A stretch of 64,000 bases of DNA from Sphingobacteriales bacterium (lineage in GTDB: Bacteria > Bacteroidota > Bacteroidia > NS11-12g > UBA9320): NCBI GenBank assembly GCA_043511425.1, contig CP121331.1:1894315-1958314 (forward strand). The letters run 5' to 3'. Each line of letters begins with the position of its first letter. The first letter of the stretch is position 1. Under the pieces are notes generated by a model. It was not told where the DNA came from and did no database searches. It saw only the letters and a list, made by a program, of their open reading frames with translations. Shown in pieces: positions 49,772 through 62,640 of the stretch. A program made the translations under genes and the position numbers.

Positions 49772-50728
49772 CTAAAACTTCCAACCAATCTTAACCCCTC
49801 CCCATCCTGCAGGTACGAGTGTCTTTATCTCCTTGGTAATATTGGCTCTGGAATACTCTAGATACACGCCTTTCGTTTGAAGCACAATCCCATAATTTGC
49901 CTGTCCGACCACCCTATTTACATCAGAACTTGGAATGGTATAAACACTGTTATCACCTACTAAACCACCTTGGAGTGTTCCATCATATCCTACAAGTGTT
50001 ATTAGTGGCTGTATATATCCGTAAAGCTGAAATTTAGTATGGGTAAACTGCGAAGTATACGGGCTATTAATCAGTCCAAAAGTAGTAGTAATCCCTGTAC
50101 TTATGTGTGTAAATAATGTTCCCAGTCGAGCATTGGCATTTCCATAAACCGCAAATGTATTATTCAGTCTGTAAAACTCTTTTTCGTAGTCTACACCATA
50201 GTTTACTATAAAATGGTTTCCTATCTGATTTACCCAACCATATGGAACTCTATCACCCGTGAGACTGTGTATGCCCGTTTGTATTTCTTTCCCAAAAGCA
50301 GCAGGTCCCATTATTCCTACACTAACGTTGGATGAAATTCTAGTTCTATTCATGGTATCCAAACTAATGATAAAAGACTTAAGCATGGCAGCGGCAGCAA
50401 ATGGCCTGTCGCCTAATTGTACGGGTAGTTTTTCATATTGATTTGGTGTAAATCCGATGTGTTCAAATGCTACTCCAGCTCTTACCTCTGAATTGTTATG
50501 CTTCAGTAGAATTTTATTAATAGGATTCTTAAGTAATGCAGGAGAAACCACCTCAAAACTGTATCCTTGAGTATAGTTTTCGTCTGTAGTGGCGAAATAA
50601 TCGTTGTCATAATTTACCCTAAAATACCGTTCGCCCTTGACTTCTCTAAACGAAGCCATGTTGTCTATCTTTTGAGAAAAAGCAGAAATACACAGAAAAC
50701 AAGCAAACAGGATACATACAACTCTCAT
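49772..50728 (-). CDS. Outer-membrane beta-barrel protein (possibly LpxR-like)
   Basis: Signal peptide. NDYFATTDENYTQG N-terminal motif. Ends …GWKF. Confidence 0.4.
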   Translation of the reverse strand: MRVVCILFACFLCISAFSQKIDNMASFREVKGERYFRVNYDNDYFATTDENYTQGYSFEVVSPALLKNPINKILLKHNNSEVRAGVAFEHIGFTPNQYEKLPVQLGDRPFAAAAMLKSFIISLDTMNRTRISSNVSVGIMGPAAFGKEIQTGIHSLTGDRVPYGWVNQIGNHFIVNYGVDYEKEFYRLNNTFAVYGNANARLGTLFTHISTGITTTFGLINSPYTSQFTHTKFQLYGYIQPLITLVGYDGTLQGGLVGDNSVYTIPSSDVNRVVGQANYGIVLQTKGVYLEYSRANITKEIKTLVPAGWGGVKIGWKF

Positions 50729-50761
50729 ATAGTAGTATACGAGAAAATGTAGAAAAGAGGT

Positions 50762-52999
<2,238 letters not shown>

Positions 53000-53299
53000 T
53001 TAATTCGAATGCAAATTTACTTTATAAAGAGAGGTTCACAAACAATTAAGGTCTATCATTCATACTTAAGAATAGTTTCACTAATTCTATGTTCTATTTC
53101 GCTCACTTTAAACCTGAGTTTCTTTATAAATTCGGACCTAGACCGCAAGAAAATAGTGTGTTGTAACTGAAATTGATGAAGGTGTGGTAGCCTATGACAA
53201 GTGTATCTTGGGAAAGAAATGGTAATTTTATGAAAATCTATACCTCAGAAGAATAACCGAACTCAAGTTTTAATTTATTTTATTTAGTTTTGACACGAA

Positions 53300-54007
53300 A
53301 TGATGGACACTAGAAAAGCTATATATACGCTAATCATACTCCTTGCTACGGTAAACTTTACACCAGCAAATGCTTCAGAAAAACCAATGCCAGGTGATGA
53401 CAAATCACCCACTGAAACGGAAGAGACTATCCGTCGCAATCGAAACTGTTTCAAAAAAGGTGTTCAAGTAATCAGTGTAGGGTATGGAGCTCCAAATCTT
53501 GGTAAATTAGTGTTTAACGACCTCGATCGAATATACCCGACTGCTGAATTTAGAGGTATAGGGCCGCTGTACTTAAAATACGAGTATGCGATATTTGATA
53601 AAGTTGGCCTCGGTATATCTCTTAGATACCTCAACAGTAAAATAGACTATCCAGTGGAAGGCCCTAACTATGATGCTGGTGGAAACCCAACAGCAGGAGA
53701 CAGTACCTACACCTATACTCAGACAGTAAACTCTATAGCGGCTATGGTACGAGGGAACTACCACTTCGGTACAGGAAGACAGTTGGATCCATACGTAGGA
53801 TTGGGAATAGGTTACGGTAATACTAATTTCAAAATAGACCTTGGCGGAGATTTAAATGGTTTACAAAATACGGTATCCAATCCAATACCTATAGCTGTCG
53901 AAGCAACTATCGGAGCACGCTACTTCTTCTCAAAGACTGTAGGAGCCTATCTGGAGCTAGGATATAGTCAATCTGTGCTTAACGGTGGTTTAAGCTTTAA
54001 ATTTTAA
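53300..54007 (+). CDS. Outer-membrane beta-barrel protein
   Basis: Signal peptide. Ends …GGLSFKF. Confidence 0.5.
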   Translation: MMDTRKAIYTLIILLATVNFTPANASEKPMPGDDKSPTETEETIRRNRNCFKKGVQVISVGYGAPNLGKLVFNDLDRIYPTAEFRGIGPLYLKYEYAIFDKVGLGISLRYLNSKIDYPVEGPNYDAGGNPTAGDSTYTYTQTVNSIAAMVRGNYHFGTGRQLDPYVGLGIGYGNTNFKIDLGGDLNGLQNTVSNPIPIAVEATIGARYFFSKTVGAYLELGYSQSVLNGGLSFKF

Positions 54008-54063
54008 CTTTATTCTTTATATCCACATATTTTGGTCTACATTTGACTAATTAAGAACTTACT

Positions 54064-55356
54064 ATGAAAACAATATTCCAATCTTTATTAATTCTATTCA
54101 TCTCTACCTCGTCTTTTGCTCAGCTAGAATGGGAGTCGGTACCATCAATCCCTGAATACGGTAGATATACTTCGATATCGTTTACCGTCAGTGGCAAGTT
54201 ATATGTTGGCTTAGGACATATTCCTGGTGGAGGGTATTCAAACGAACTTTGGGAATACAACCCTGCTACAAAAATTTGGACGAAGAAAAAAGACTACCCA
54301 GGCAAGGGAAGAAGACTGGCGACAGCATTTGCCATTGGCACTAAGGGTTACGTTGGTTTAGGCGGAGATGGCTCTTCAAGATTCAATGATTTCTATGAGT
54401 ACGACCCAAGTACAGATAACTGGACTCAAAAAGCAAATTTCCCAGGTGGTAATCGCTATGATGCAGCGTCATTTGTCATAGGTGATTTCGGCTACGTAGG
54501 AACAGGGTCATGCGGAGGAACCACCTGCTACACTAATGATTTCTATCAATATAATCCTACCTCAAACACTTGGACTCAAAAAGCAGACTTCCCTGCAGGA
54601 AATAGCACAGGTGTCACAGGTATCGCATTAAACGGTATTGGTTACTTTGGTAATTCTAGAAACACCAGCAATACTCTCTCCAATAATTACTATAAATACA
54701 CCCCAGGCACAAACACTTGGACTGCTATCGCCTCGATGCCAGGCACATTAAGAAGAACCACTATGGCTTTCACATTAGACGACCAAATTTATGTTGGCTG
54801 TGGTGCTTACAACTATTCAAATCCTATTTTTAGAAACGACTTTTATAGATACTCTCCAAGCTCCAATACTTGGTCACTCCAAACTTCCAATATGGATTTA
54901 ACCCCTCGTATAGCTGGAATAACCGCCCAAATAAGTGATAGTAAAGTACTAATTGGTTTAGGTTGGTCTCCCAATGGTTATCTAGCGGACCTTTGGCAAC
55001 TAAACGTAAATTCAGACACGTGTGAATATCACGACACTATTTATGTAACTGTGCAAGATACGCTCACTTTCAAAGTGAATATTGCCTCCGTAGCTCAACC
55101 ACAGTTTGTTGGGGTGAAAGTATACCCTAACCCTACTGGCAGTCAAGTTACTATCGCCATTTCAGATTTTACTCAGCTAAGCAACTATACCCTTAAAATA
55201 TATAACACCTTAGGGGTAAAGGTACTCTCACAAGCAGTAACTGCTGCTACCTATACTATCAACACTTCAACTTTAGGTGTTGCGGGAACATATCACCTTG
55301 AAGTATACGATAGCTTGAATACTAAACGAGGCAGAAAGACCATAATCATACAGTAG
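54064..55356 (+). CDS. Kelch-repeat T9SS cargo protein, paralog 1
   Basis: Repeated W(T/E)(Q/K)K.(D/N)(F/Y)PG kelch-like units. C-terminal VYPNPTGS…TYHLEVYD sorting domain. Confidence 0.65.
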   Translation: MKTIFQSLLILFISTSSFAQLEWESVPSIPEYGRYTSISFTVSGKLYVGLGHIPGGGYSNELWEYNPATKIWTKKKDYPGKGRRLATAFAIGTKGYVGLGGDGSSRFNDFYEYDPSTDNWTQKANFPGGNRYDAASFVIGDFGYVGTGSCGGTTCYTNDFYQYNPTSNTWTQKADFPAGNSTGVTGIALNGIGYFGNSRNTSNTLSNNYYKYTPGTNTWTAIASMPGTLRRTTMAFTLDDQIYVGCGAYNYSNPIFRNDFYRYSPSSNTWSLQTSNMDLTPRIAGITAQISDSKVLIGLGWSPNGYLADLWQLNVNSDTCEYHDTIYVTVQDTLTFKVNIASVAQPQFVGVKVYPNPTGSQVTIAISDFTQLSNYTLKIYNTLGVKVLSQAVTAATYTINTSTLGVAGTYHLEVYDSLNTKRGRKTIIIQ

Positions 55357-55500
55357 GAAATCTCCATACTGTAAAATGAAAGTCTGCTGCCTTCCATTTT
55401 TTAGTTACATTTCTTCCCAACAAAAGAAAAGGGTCCTTTTTACCTATGCGAATTGCTGTGATGATACTCAAGAACCTGATGTAGGTAATGCTTCTGCTAG
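55357..55500. repeat. Conserved 3' flank shared by the Kelch paralogs (copy 1)
   Basis: About 85 % identical to 58484-58625. Partial copy at 57125-57165. Confidence 0.5.
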
Positions 55501-55610
55501 ATTTTAGTCAGCCTATACTCAAAAACGATCTTGTATTTAAGTTTTAATCGCTCGAAGTTATATCTAAATGTTTTGATCTAACTTTGAACGTAATTCTATA
55601 TTTTTGAGCT

Positions 55611-57110
55611 ATGAAAACAATACTTCAAACTATACTAATTCTATTCATATGTACATCGTCCTTTGCTCAGCTAGAATGGGAAAGTAGAAAATCTATCTCT
55701 AGATATGGCAGACATGCAGGTGTTAGTTTTGAGATAGCAGTCAAGATATATGTGGGGTTAGGCAGATTAGCTGACGGTAGCTTCTCCAATGAACTATGGG
55801 AGTATGACCCAGCTTCAGATAACTGGACGCAAAAAGCTGACTATCCACCTGGAGGACGATTTATCCCCAGTGCTTTTTCCATAAATGGCAAAGGTTATGT
55901 GTGCCTAGGTCAAACTTCTACATTATCACTTACCAATACCCTTTATGAGTACGACCCTACAAATGACACTTGGACACAGAAGGCTAATTTCATTGGAGCA
56001 GCAAGATATGGTGCTGCTGCATTTGTGATAGGAGATACCGCTTACGTAGGAACAGGATCAAATGGTTCTAGTAGTTTTCTGAGTGACTTCTATATGTATG
56101 TACCATCCACAAATACTTGGACTTCCAGAGCTAGCTACTCTGGAGGTAGTGCCGCAAACTTAGCTTCATTCACGATAGGAAACCATGGATACTTCGGTAA
56201 CAAGACCACAAGTAGTTCAGCAGCTCCTAATAACAGTTTTTATAAATACTCTCCGTCTAGCAATAGCTGGTCCTCAATTGCGTCTATGCCCGGGGCAGCT
56301 CGCAGGATTTCTGCTGCCTTTGTATTAAACAACGAAGCATATGTCGGCTGTGGAACAAACTCCAATTCTCCAGTTTCTACGTTCCTTAATGACTTTTATA
56401 AATATAATCCAACAACGAACTCTTGGTCCTATCAAACCTCAAATTCTAGTTTTACGCCAAAAATTGATCCTGAATTATTTTGTATTAGAGATTCTGTTGT
56501 GTTTTCTGTAGGTGGGTATGGCACCAATATGTCGTTATCTGAAGTCTGGGAACTAAAACTAGACTTCGACACTTGTGATTATCACGACACGATTTATGTA
56601 GCTGTCCAAGATACAACATTTACTACTATCTATGACACTGCATATGTAACAGTGAAAGACACCCAAATTGTTTACAAACTAGACACCATAGATGTATATG
56701 TAATTGACACTTTTTACCGCACCGTTTTTGATACTACGTATGTTACAGTAACTACCGTGATTTACGATACGACAGCTATCTATACCTATGATACTCTTAC
56801 TCGGTACGTGAACATAGCGGTAGAGGATACACTCAATTTTAGCATCTATACAGACAATTGCTTTAATATAACTCATAAGCTATACCCCAATCCTAGTTCA
56901 GGTATGGTCTACCTATTCTCTAACAATGCCGATTGTCTGGAAGGTTATAGACTTGAGTTCATAGATGCCCTCGGGCGGATATTAGAGACAAAACCCTATG
57001 CTACACTGGTATCCTTTGATGTAAGAAACTATGCAAGAGCGCTTTATTTTGTGCGGCTTATAGGTAAGGACGGTGACACCCTTTTTTCCAAGAAGGTTGT
57101 CATTCGATAG
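55611..57110 (+). CDS. Kelch-repeat T9SS cargo protein, paralog 2, with expanded DT-x-Y-V-x-V tandem repeat
   Basis: Same N-terminus (MKTILQTILILFICTSSFAQLEWES). About 10 units of an 8-aa repeat in aa 325-405. C-terminal T9SS sorting domain. Confidence 0.65.
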   Translation: MKTILQTILILFICTSSFAQLEWESRKSISRYGRHAGVSFEIAVKIYVGLGRLADGSFSNELWEYDPASDNWTQKADYPPGGRFIPSAFSINGKGYVCLGQTSTLSLTNTLYEYDPTNDTWTQKANFIGAARYGAAAFVIGDTAYVGTGSNGSSSFLSDFYMYVPSTNTWTSRASYSGGSAANLASFTIGNHGYFGNKTTSSSAAPNNSFYKYSPSSNSWSSIASMPGAARRISAAFVLNNEAYVGCGTNSNSPVSTFLNDFYKYNPTTNSWSYQTSNSSFTPKIDPELFCIRDSVVFSVGGYGTNMSLSEVWELKLDFDTCDYHDTIYVAVQDTTFTTIYDTAYVTVKDTQIVYKLDTIDVYVIDTFYRTVFDTTYVTVTTVIYDTTAIYTYDTLTRYVNIAVEDTLNFSIYTDNCFNITHKLYPNPSSGMVYLFSNNADCLEGYRLEFIDALGRILETKPYATLVSFDVRNYARALYFVRLIGKDGDTLFSKKVVIR

Positions 57111-57262
57111 TTAACTTATTTAATAATTCATGCAGGTAATGCTTCTGCTCGAGTTAATTCAGCCTCTACTCACTATTCATTTTGTGTTTAATTGTTATGC
57201 GCCCCTCTTTATATTACATTGAAATATTTTGCCGTATCATTTGAATTCTTTAGTTTCGTTAA

Positions 57263-58483
57263 ATGAAAACATTATTCTACACCCTTATAGTTCTACTTAT
57301 CTCTACTTCATCCTTTGCTCAAATAGAATGGGAGTTTAAAGATAGTATCCCAAACGTAGGAATGGATCAAGCTACGGCGTTTGGTGTCTCAGGAAACGCG
57401 TATTTCGGCTTAGGTCGTCAAGCTAGTTCTACTACAAACAAGAATATATGGGAATATAACCTTGTAAACGACACTCTGACACTCAAAACTTCATACCCAG
57501 GGGCTGGAACAGTTTCATGTATTTCATTTGTAGTAGGTGACAAAGCTTACGTAGGCATGGGACAAACTGGTGGTTCCGTATATTCAGATTTTTACGAATA
57601 CAACCCTACAAACAATACTTGGACTCAAAAAGCAAACTTCCCTGGAGGAAATAAATTAGCTGCAGGATCTTTTACCATCGGAGATACCGCTTATATAGTA
57701 GGCGGATCTTGTGGAGGCTCTACCTGTTACGATGACGAGCTTTGGATGTATGTTCCAAGCACTAACACCTGGACACAACGAGCTGATTTCCCAGGAGGAA
57801 ATAGAGCAGGACTTTCAGCTTTTTCTATCGGAACCTTTGGATATGCAGGAAATGGAATTAGTAGTTCAAGAGGACTTAGTAATAATTTTTGGACATATAA
57901 TTCTAAAACAAATGTGTGGAGTACTATAGCCTCTATGCCTGGTTCTGCAAGAAGAAACTGTGTAGCATTTTCTCTAAACAACCAAGGATATGTAGGCACG
58001 GGAACTTTTAATTGGACTCCAGTTGTTAATCAAAATGATTTCTACTTATATGACCCCACAACAAACTCTTGGACCAATAAAACTTCTAACTCAAATTTTG
58101 AACCCAGACATGTCGCAGCTGTGGCAAAAGTGAACGACTCAAGTGTCTTTGTTGGAACAGGAATTGCTGATTATGGTAGAACAAACGATATTTGGCAACT
58201 AAAATTGAATTCAAATACAGCTTCCTTAAATGAGCTGAATATGCTAGGATTTATAGTCTATCCAAACCCTTCCCACGGACAGCTAAATTTAAAATTAAAT
58301 CACCCAAGCAACTACACCCTTAAAATATATAACACCTTAGGGGTAGAGGTATTCTCACAAGCAGTAACTGCTTCTACCTATACTATCAACACTTCAACTA
58401 TAGGTGTTGCTGGAACATATCACCTAGAAGTATACGATAGCTTGAATGCTAAAAGAGGTAGAAAGACCATAATCATACAGTAG
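57263..58483 (+). CDS. Kelch-repeat T9SS cargo protein, paralog 3
   Basis: The last ~200 nt and the 3' flank are near-identical to paralog 1. Confidence 0.65.
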   Translation: MKTLFYTLIVLLISTSSFAQIEWEFKDSIPNVGMDQATAFGVSGNAYFGLGRQASSTTNKNIWEYNLVNDTLTLKTSYPGAGTVSCISFVVGDKAYVGMGQTGGSVYSDFYEYNPTNNTWTQKANFPGGNKLAAGSFTIGDTAYIVGGSCGGSTCYDDELWMYVPSTNTWTQRADFPGGNRAGLSAFSIGTFGYAGNGISSSRGLSNNFWTYNSKTNVWSTIASMPGSARRNCVAFSLNNQGYVGTGTFNWTPVVNQNDFYLYDPTTNSWTNKTSNSNFEPRHVAAVAKVNDSSVFVGTGIADYGRTNDIWQLKLNSNTASLNELNMLGFIVYPNPSHGQLNLKLNHPSNYTLKIYNTLGVEVFSQAVTASTYTINTSTIGVAGTYHLEVYDSLNAKRGRKTIIIQ

Positions 58484-58625
58484 GAAATATCAATACTGCA
58501 AAAAGAACATCTACTACCTTCCGTTTTTTAGTTACATTTGCCTCAACAAAGGGGTGCTTTTCGCTTACGCGAATTGCTGAGATGATACCCAAGAACCTGA
58601 TGCAGATAATGCTGCCGTAGGGAAA
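58484..58625. repeat. Conserved 3' flank shared by the Kelch paralogs (copy 3)
   Basis: See 55357-55500. Confidence 0.5.
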
Positions 58626-58682
58626 TAAAAGATAGATTCGTATCTCTCAACACTCCTGTATTTATAAAAATAAAAACAGGAA

Positions 58683-61187
58683 ATGAAAAACACATTCAAA
58701 CGTATCCACCGAGGTGGAACACTCATCACACTATTGACCATCACAGCACAGCTGTGCTTCAGTCAGACCAACTATTCAGCTCAGGTAAAAAATGCCAAAA
58801 CCTATGAGCCCATTGAATCCGCATTCGTACGGCTCAGCGGGAAAAACGGAGCTACTAGCACTTACTCTACACAAAATGGCAGTATTAATTTTGAAAATAT
58901 TACCGCGGGGAAATACGTAGTTTCAATTAATCACCTTAGCTACAAAACATACATTGACACTATAACCATCACTAAAACTAAGGAAGACCAAATATTCTTC
59001 ATGCTGCCAGATATGGCATTTTTGGATGCCGCAGTTATCAGTACCGTACGTGCCAAAAACACTTCACCGACCACCTATACTAACTTGGACAAAAAAGAGA
59101 TTGAAAGCCTAGACCAAAGCAAAGACTTCCCTTTCCTTCTCAACATGACACCGAGTACTGTGATCTCTTCAGACGCTGGAAACGGAGTAGGATACACAGG
59201 CATCCGAGTGCGTGGCATAGACCCTACTCGAGTAAATATTACCGTGAACGGTATCCCAATAAATGACGCGGAAAGTCAGGGAATGTATTGGGTAAATATG
59301 CCAGACATAGCAAGTTCTACCCAAAGTGTGCAGATACAGCGTGGAGTAGGTACAAGTACCAATGGTGCTGCAGCGTTCGGAGCAAGTGTAAACATACGCA
59401 CCAATGACCTTTCTAAAGACAAATACACCCTCGCAAGTTTTGGCTTGGGCAGTTTTAACACACAGCGAATCTCACTGCTACACAACACTGGCAGGTTAAA
59501 AAACAACTGGGCATTTCAACTCAGAGGCAGTACTATCCAGAGTGATGGATTCATAGACAGAGCCTCCTCTGACTTGAAATCTGCCAATCTAGTAGCTGCG
59601 AAGTACTGGGCAAAATCTGTTTTTAAAGCAAATATAATGCTCGGCAGTGAACGTACCTATCAAGCCTGGAACGGCATTCCTGAGCCTACTTTTAAAGGAG
59701 ATATAGCAGACGAGAACAGATACATAAATGAACTGTACATTGCAGGAGCAGCACTTCAAAATTTGCAAAACAGTAACAGCAAAACGTACAATGCATACAC
59801 CTACGAAAATGAGGTAGATAACTACAATCAGAATCATTACCAGTTTTTCTTTGACCATTCATTCTCTAGTTTCCTTAAACTAAATACTGCCGCTTATGTA
59901 ACTACAGGACAAGGGTACTTTGAGCAATTTAGAGCAGGAGATGATTTTGCGGAATACGGCATAGACAGCATTCACCCTACAGGCGATACTGCTCTCTCTG
60001 GCGACTTGGTGAGACGCAGATGGTTAGACAATACACTCGTAGGCGGTATTGCCAACATCACCTATACCAGAAACAGAATGGAAACTGTGCTCGGTGGTGG
60101 GTATAATCAGTACAACGGTCGCCATTATGGAGAGGCTATTGCTACAGAATTTACAGGATACGAAGACCTAAATGCCAGCTACTATGACAACGACGCTACG
60201 AAAACAGACGGGAACTTCTACGTGCGTCAGTCTTATAACTACAACAACTTAATACCGTATATAGACCTTCAGTACCGATTTGTGAACTACTCCTTCGTTG
60301 GTCTAAACGACTCTGCAGGAAGTACAACCTTACCAGAGGCACAGCAGTATTCAGATCAAAACGTAAACTTCTTATTCTTTAACCCCAAAATTGGATTGAC
60401 TTACTTACTCAAAAATCACACTTTCTACGGAGTGTTTGCGGTAGGAAATAGAGAGCCTGTGCGTGATGATTTCCGTGATAATCCAACAAGCAACCGACCA
60501 GAGCACGAGTCTATGGAAAATGTAGAGATAGGATACCGATACGCAAACGGTAGGAAACGCATAAATGTAAACTTATATAATATGCAGTATGACAATCAAT
60601 TGGTGCTCACTGGTGCGGTAAACGATGTAGGTGAAGCGATAAGAACCAATGTAAAGAATAGCTCTAGACGTGGAGTAGAGGTAGATTTCCAATATCCTAT
60701 AACCGAAAAACTACAAGCAGGTGGAAATCTAACGTTGTCTGAAAATAAGATAGCAGAAACAAGCGAGCGAGTAGGCCCTTTCGATACGCTTTCTGTTGCA
60801 TTGGTGCAAAATTATAACAATACAGATATCGTATTCTCACCAAACACTATTGCTGCAGCAATGCTAAGTTATAAAGCAACCGAACACTTTACTCTAAATG
60901 CAAGCGGAAAGTATGTTGGTAAGCAGTTCTTGGACAATACTCAAAGTGACGCTCGTAGTTTAGACGCATTTACCAATGTAGACCTGAGCATAAACTACAT
61001 CAGTACTGAAGTCAAGGGAACAAAAAATCTCAACGTTGGTCTATTCTTAAATAATGTTCTAAATCAATTCTACGCTCCGAATGGATATACCTTTAGTGGC
61101 ATAATACGAGGTGAACGTCAAGATTTCAACTACCTCTATCCTATGGCTGGATTTAATTGGATGATGAAGGTGAGTATGACATTGTAA
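58683..61187 (+). CDS. TonB-dependent receptor with N-terminal carboxypeptidase-regulatory-like domain
   Basis: Plug motifs (ISSDAGNGVGYTGIRVRGIDPTRVNITVNGIPIND). 834 aa. Confidence 0.75.
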   Translation: MKNTFKRIHRGGTLITLLTITAQLCFSQTNYSAQVKNAKTYEPIESAFVRLSGKNGATSTYSTQNGSINFENITAGKYVVSINHLSYKTYIDTITITKTKEDQIFFMLPDMAFLDAAVISTVRAKNTSPTTYTNLDKKEIESLDQSKDFPFLLNMTPSTVISSDAGNGVGYTGIRVRGIDPTRVNITVNGIPINDAESQGMYWVNMPDIASSTQSVQIQRGVGTSTNGAAAFGASVNIRTNDLSKDKYTLASFGLGSFNTQRISLLHNTGRLKNNWAFQLRGSTIQSDGFIDRASSDLKSANLVAAKYWAKSVFKANIMLGSERTYQAWNGIPEPTFKGDIADENRYINELYIAGAALQNLQNSNSKTYNAYTYENEVDNYNQNHYQFFFDHSFSSFLKLNTAAYVTTGQGYFEQFRAGDDFAEYGIDSIHPTGDTALSGDLVRRRWLDNTLVGGIANITYTRNRMETVLGGGYNQYNGRHYGEAIATEFTGYEDLNASYYDNDATKTDGNFYVRQSYNYNNLIPYIDLQYRFVNYSFVGLNDSAGSTTLPEAQQYSDQNVNFLFFNPKIGLTYLLKNHTFYGVFAVGNREPVRDDFRDNPTSNRPEHESMENVEIGYRYANGRKRINVNLYNMQYDNQLVLTGAVNDVGEAIRTNVKNSSRRGVEVDFQYPITEKLQAGGNLTLSENKIAETSERVGPFDTLSVALVQNYNNTDIVFSPNTIAAAMLSYKATEHFTLNASGKYVGKQFLDNTQSDARSLDAFTNVDLSINYISTEVKGTKNLNVGLFLNNVLNQFYAPNGYTFSGIIRGERQDFNYLYPMAGFNWMMKVSMTL

Positions 61188-61203
61188 CTGCCTTAACCTA
61201 CTG

Positions 61204-61253
61204 ATTTGAATTGGTCTATACTTTACCTTTGATCAAGTATGGCCAATTCAAAT
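61204..61253. promoter_or_regulatory. 11-bp perfect inverted repeat ATTTGAATTGG-n28-CCAATTCAAAT upstream of the aminotransferase gene
   Basis: Seen directly in the sequence. Confidence 0.3.
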
Positions 61254-61269
61254 TCTTACCTTTACCCCA

Positions 61270-62376
61270 ATGATAAACTGGCAAGAACTTAGAAACGAAC
61301 ACCTAGAAAACTACGAAGGAATCTATCTTAACTCACCGGCTAATGGATTACCCAGTTTGGCAAGCGAGGCATTCGTAGCTGCTGAAGTTTTGAAATTTAG
61401 AGAAGCTCCAGGTGACTATCGATTGGACTTTATTAACAACGCGGTACCTGCCATCAAAAAGCAAATAGCAGACTTAATCCATTGCTCTGCAAGTAACGTC
61501 GCACTTACAGCCAATTTTTCTATTGGTCTAAATCTATTCGTAAACTCACTGCCTTCTAAGACGAAAGTACTGCTCATACAAAATGACTATCCTTCACTTA
61601 CCATGCCTTTTCAAATCAATGATTTTGAAGTTGTATGGACCACTTTTGAGGAGGATCACTCACTAGATCTAGCTAAAATAGAACAAACCATTAAAGAGCA
61701 TCAACCCGCATTCTTTGCCATAAGTCACTGCCAGTATCTAAGCGGATATCTTGCAGACCTTGAAGGTATTGGTGCTATCTGCAAGGAGTACGATTGCAAG
61801 CTTATTGTAGATGCAACCCAGAGCTTTGGAGCGATAGAGATAAATGTAAAAAAGTGCAACATAAGCTTACTCGGAGCAAGTTGCTACAAGTGGCCATTAG
61901 CTGGTTTCGGAAATGGATTTTTATATGTAAGCGAGGAACTGCTAAAGACCTATCCACCAAAGTCTGCGGGGTACAACAGCTATACTTGGGAAGATGGTAT
62001 CGCCGTGTATCAACCGAGCATAAAAAGCTATGAACCCGGGCATGACGACCACGTCGCATTTCATCGACTAGGATTTGCCCTGCAAACGATAAAAGAACTT
62101 GGACAAGACTTTATCTATCTGCGCATTACTGAGCTTATGGACTACCTTATAGAGCAACTACAAGAAGCTCAGATTTCTATCGTAGGAGATTTTTACAATG
62201 AAAATAGACTAGGAATTCTCGCAATAGAAAGCAAGGAAGGACTGTTCCAACACTTGCTATTCAAAAGAGTAGAAGCATCAGAACGAGGAGGAAATATTCG
62301 TCTAGGTCTACATTACTACAATACGGAGGAAGATGTAGATGTGTTTGTTAAAGAGGTGAACAACTTCACTCCTTAA
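61270..62376 (+). CDS. Class V aminotransferase-fold PLP-dependent enzyme
   Basis: LIVDATQSFG and SCYKW (PLP-Lys) context. Confidence 0.65.
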   Translation: MINWQELRNEHLENYEGIYLNSPANGLPSLASEAFVAAEVLKFREAPGDYRLDFINNAVPAIKKQIADLIHCSASNVALTANFSIGLNLFVNSLPSKTKVLLIQNDYPSLTMPFQINDFEVVWTTFEEDHSLDLAKIEQTIKEHQPAFFAISHCQYLSGYLADLEGIGAICKEYDCKLIVDATQSFGAIEINVKKCNISLLGASCYKWPLAGFGNGFLYVSEELLKTYPPKSAGYNSYTWEDGIAVYQPSIKSYEPGHDDHVAFHRLGFALQTIKELGQDFIYLRITELMDYLIEQLQEAQISIVGDFYNENRLGILAIESKEGLFQHLLFKRVEASERGGNIRLGLHYYNTEEDVDVFVKEVNNFTP

Positions 62377-62516
62377 CCTTAAACAACCCAGCAATCAGCA
62401 AAAATGCGACTCCAGACAAGAATGGTGGCATCATAAATTTAGGTGCTTTCACACCTCCAAGGTACATCATGGCTATACCAATAATTACAAGCAGGATGAT
62501 TAAAGTATTTTTCATT
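62367..62516 (-). CDS. Possible 49-aa small two-TM membrane protein
   Basis: MKNTLIILLVIIGIAMMYLGGVKAPKFMMPPFLSGVAFLLIAGLFKVKE. Overlaps the 3' end of the convergent gene. Confidence 0.3.
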
Positions 62517-62640
62517 CCGTAAAGTTAAGCATACTTGACCTAACGCACTGTGCATTGATCCTATTTAACCTCCAGTGTGTATACCACTGCATCTGTTATA
62601 TCTAGGTCGTAGTTATCCCAATATTGATCATCGCTTTAGG

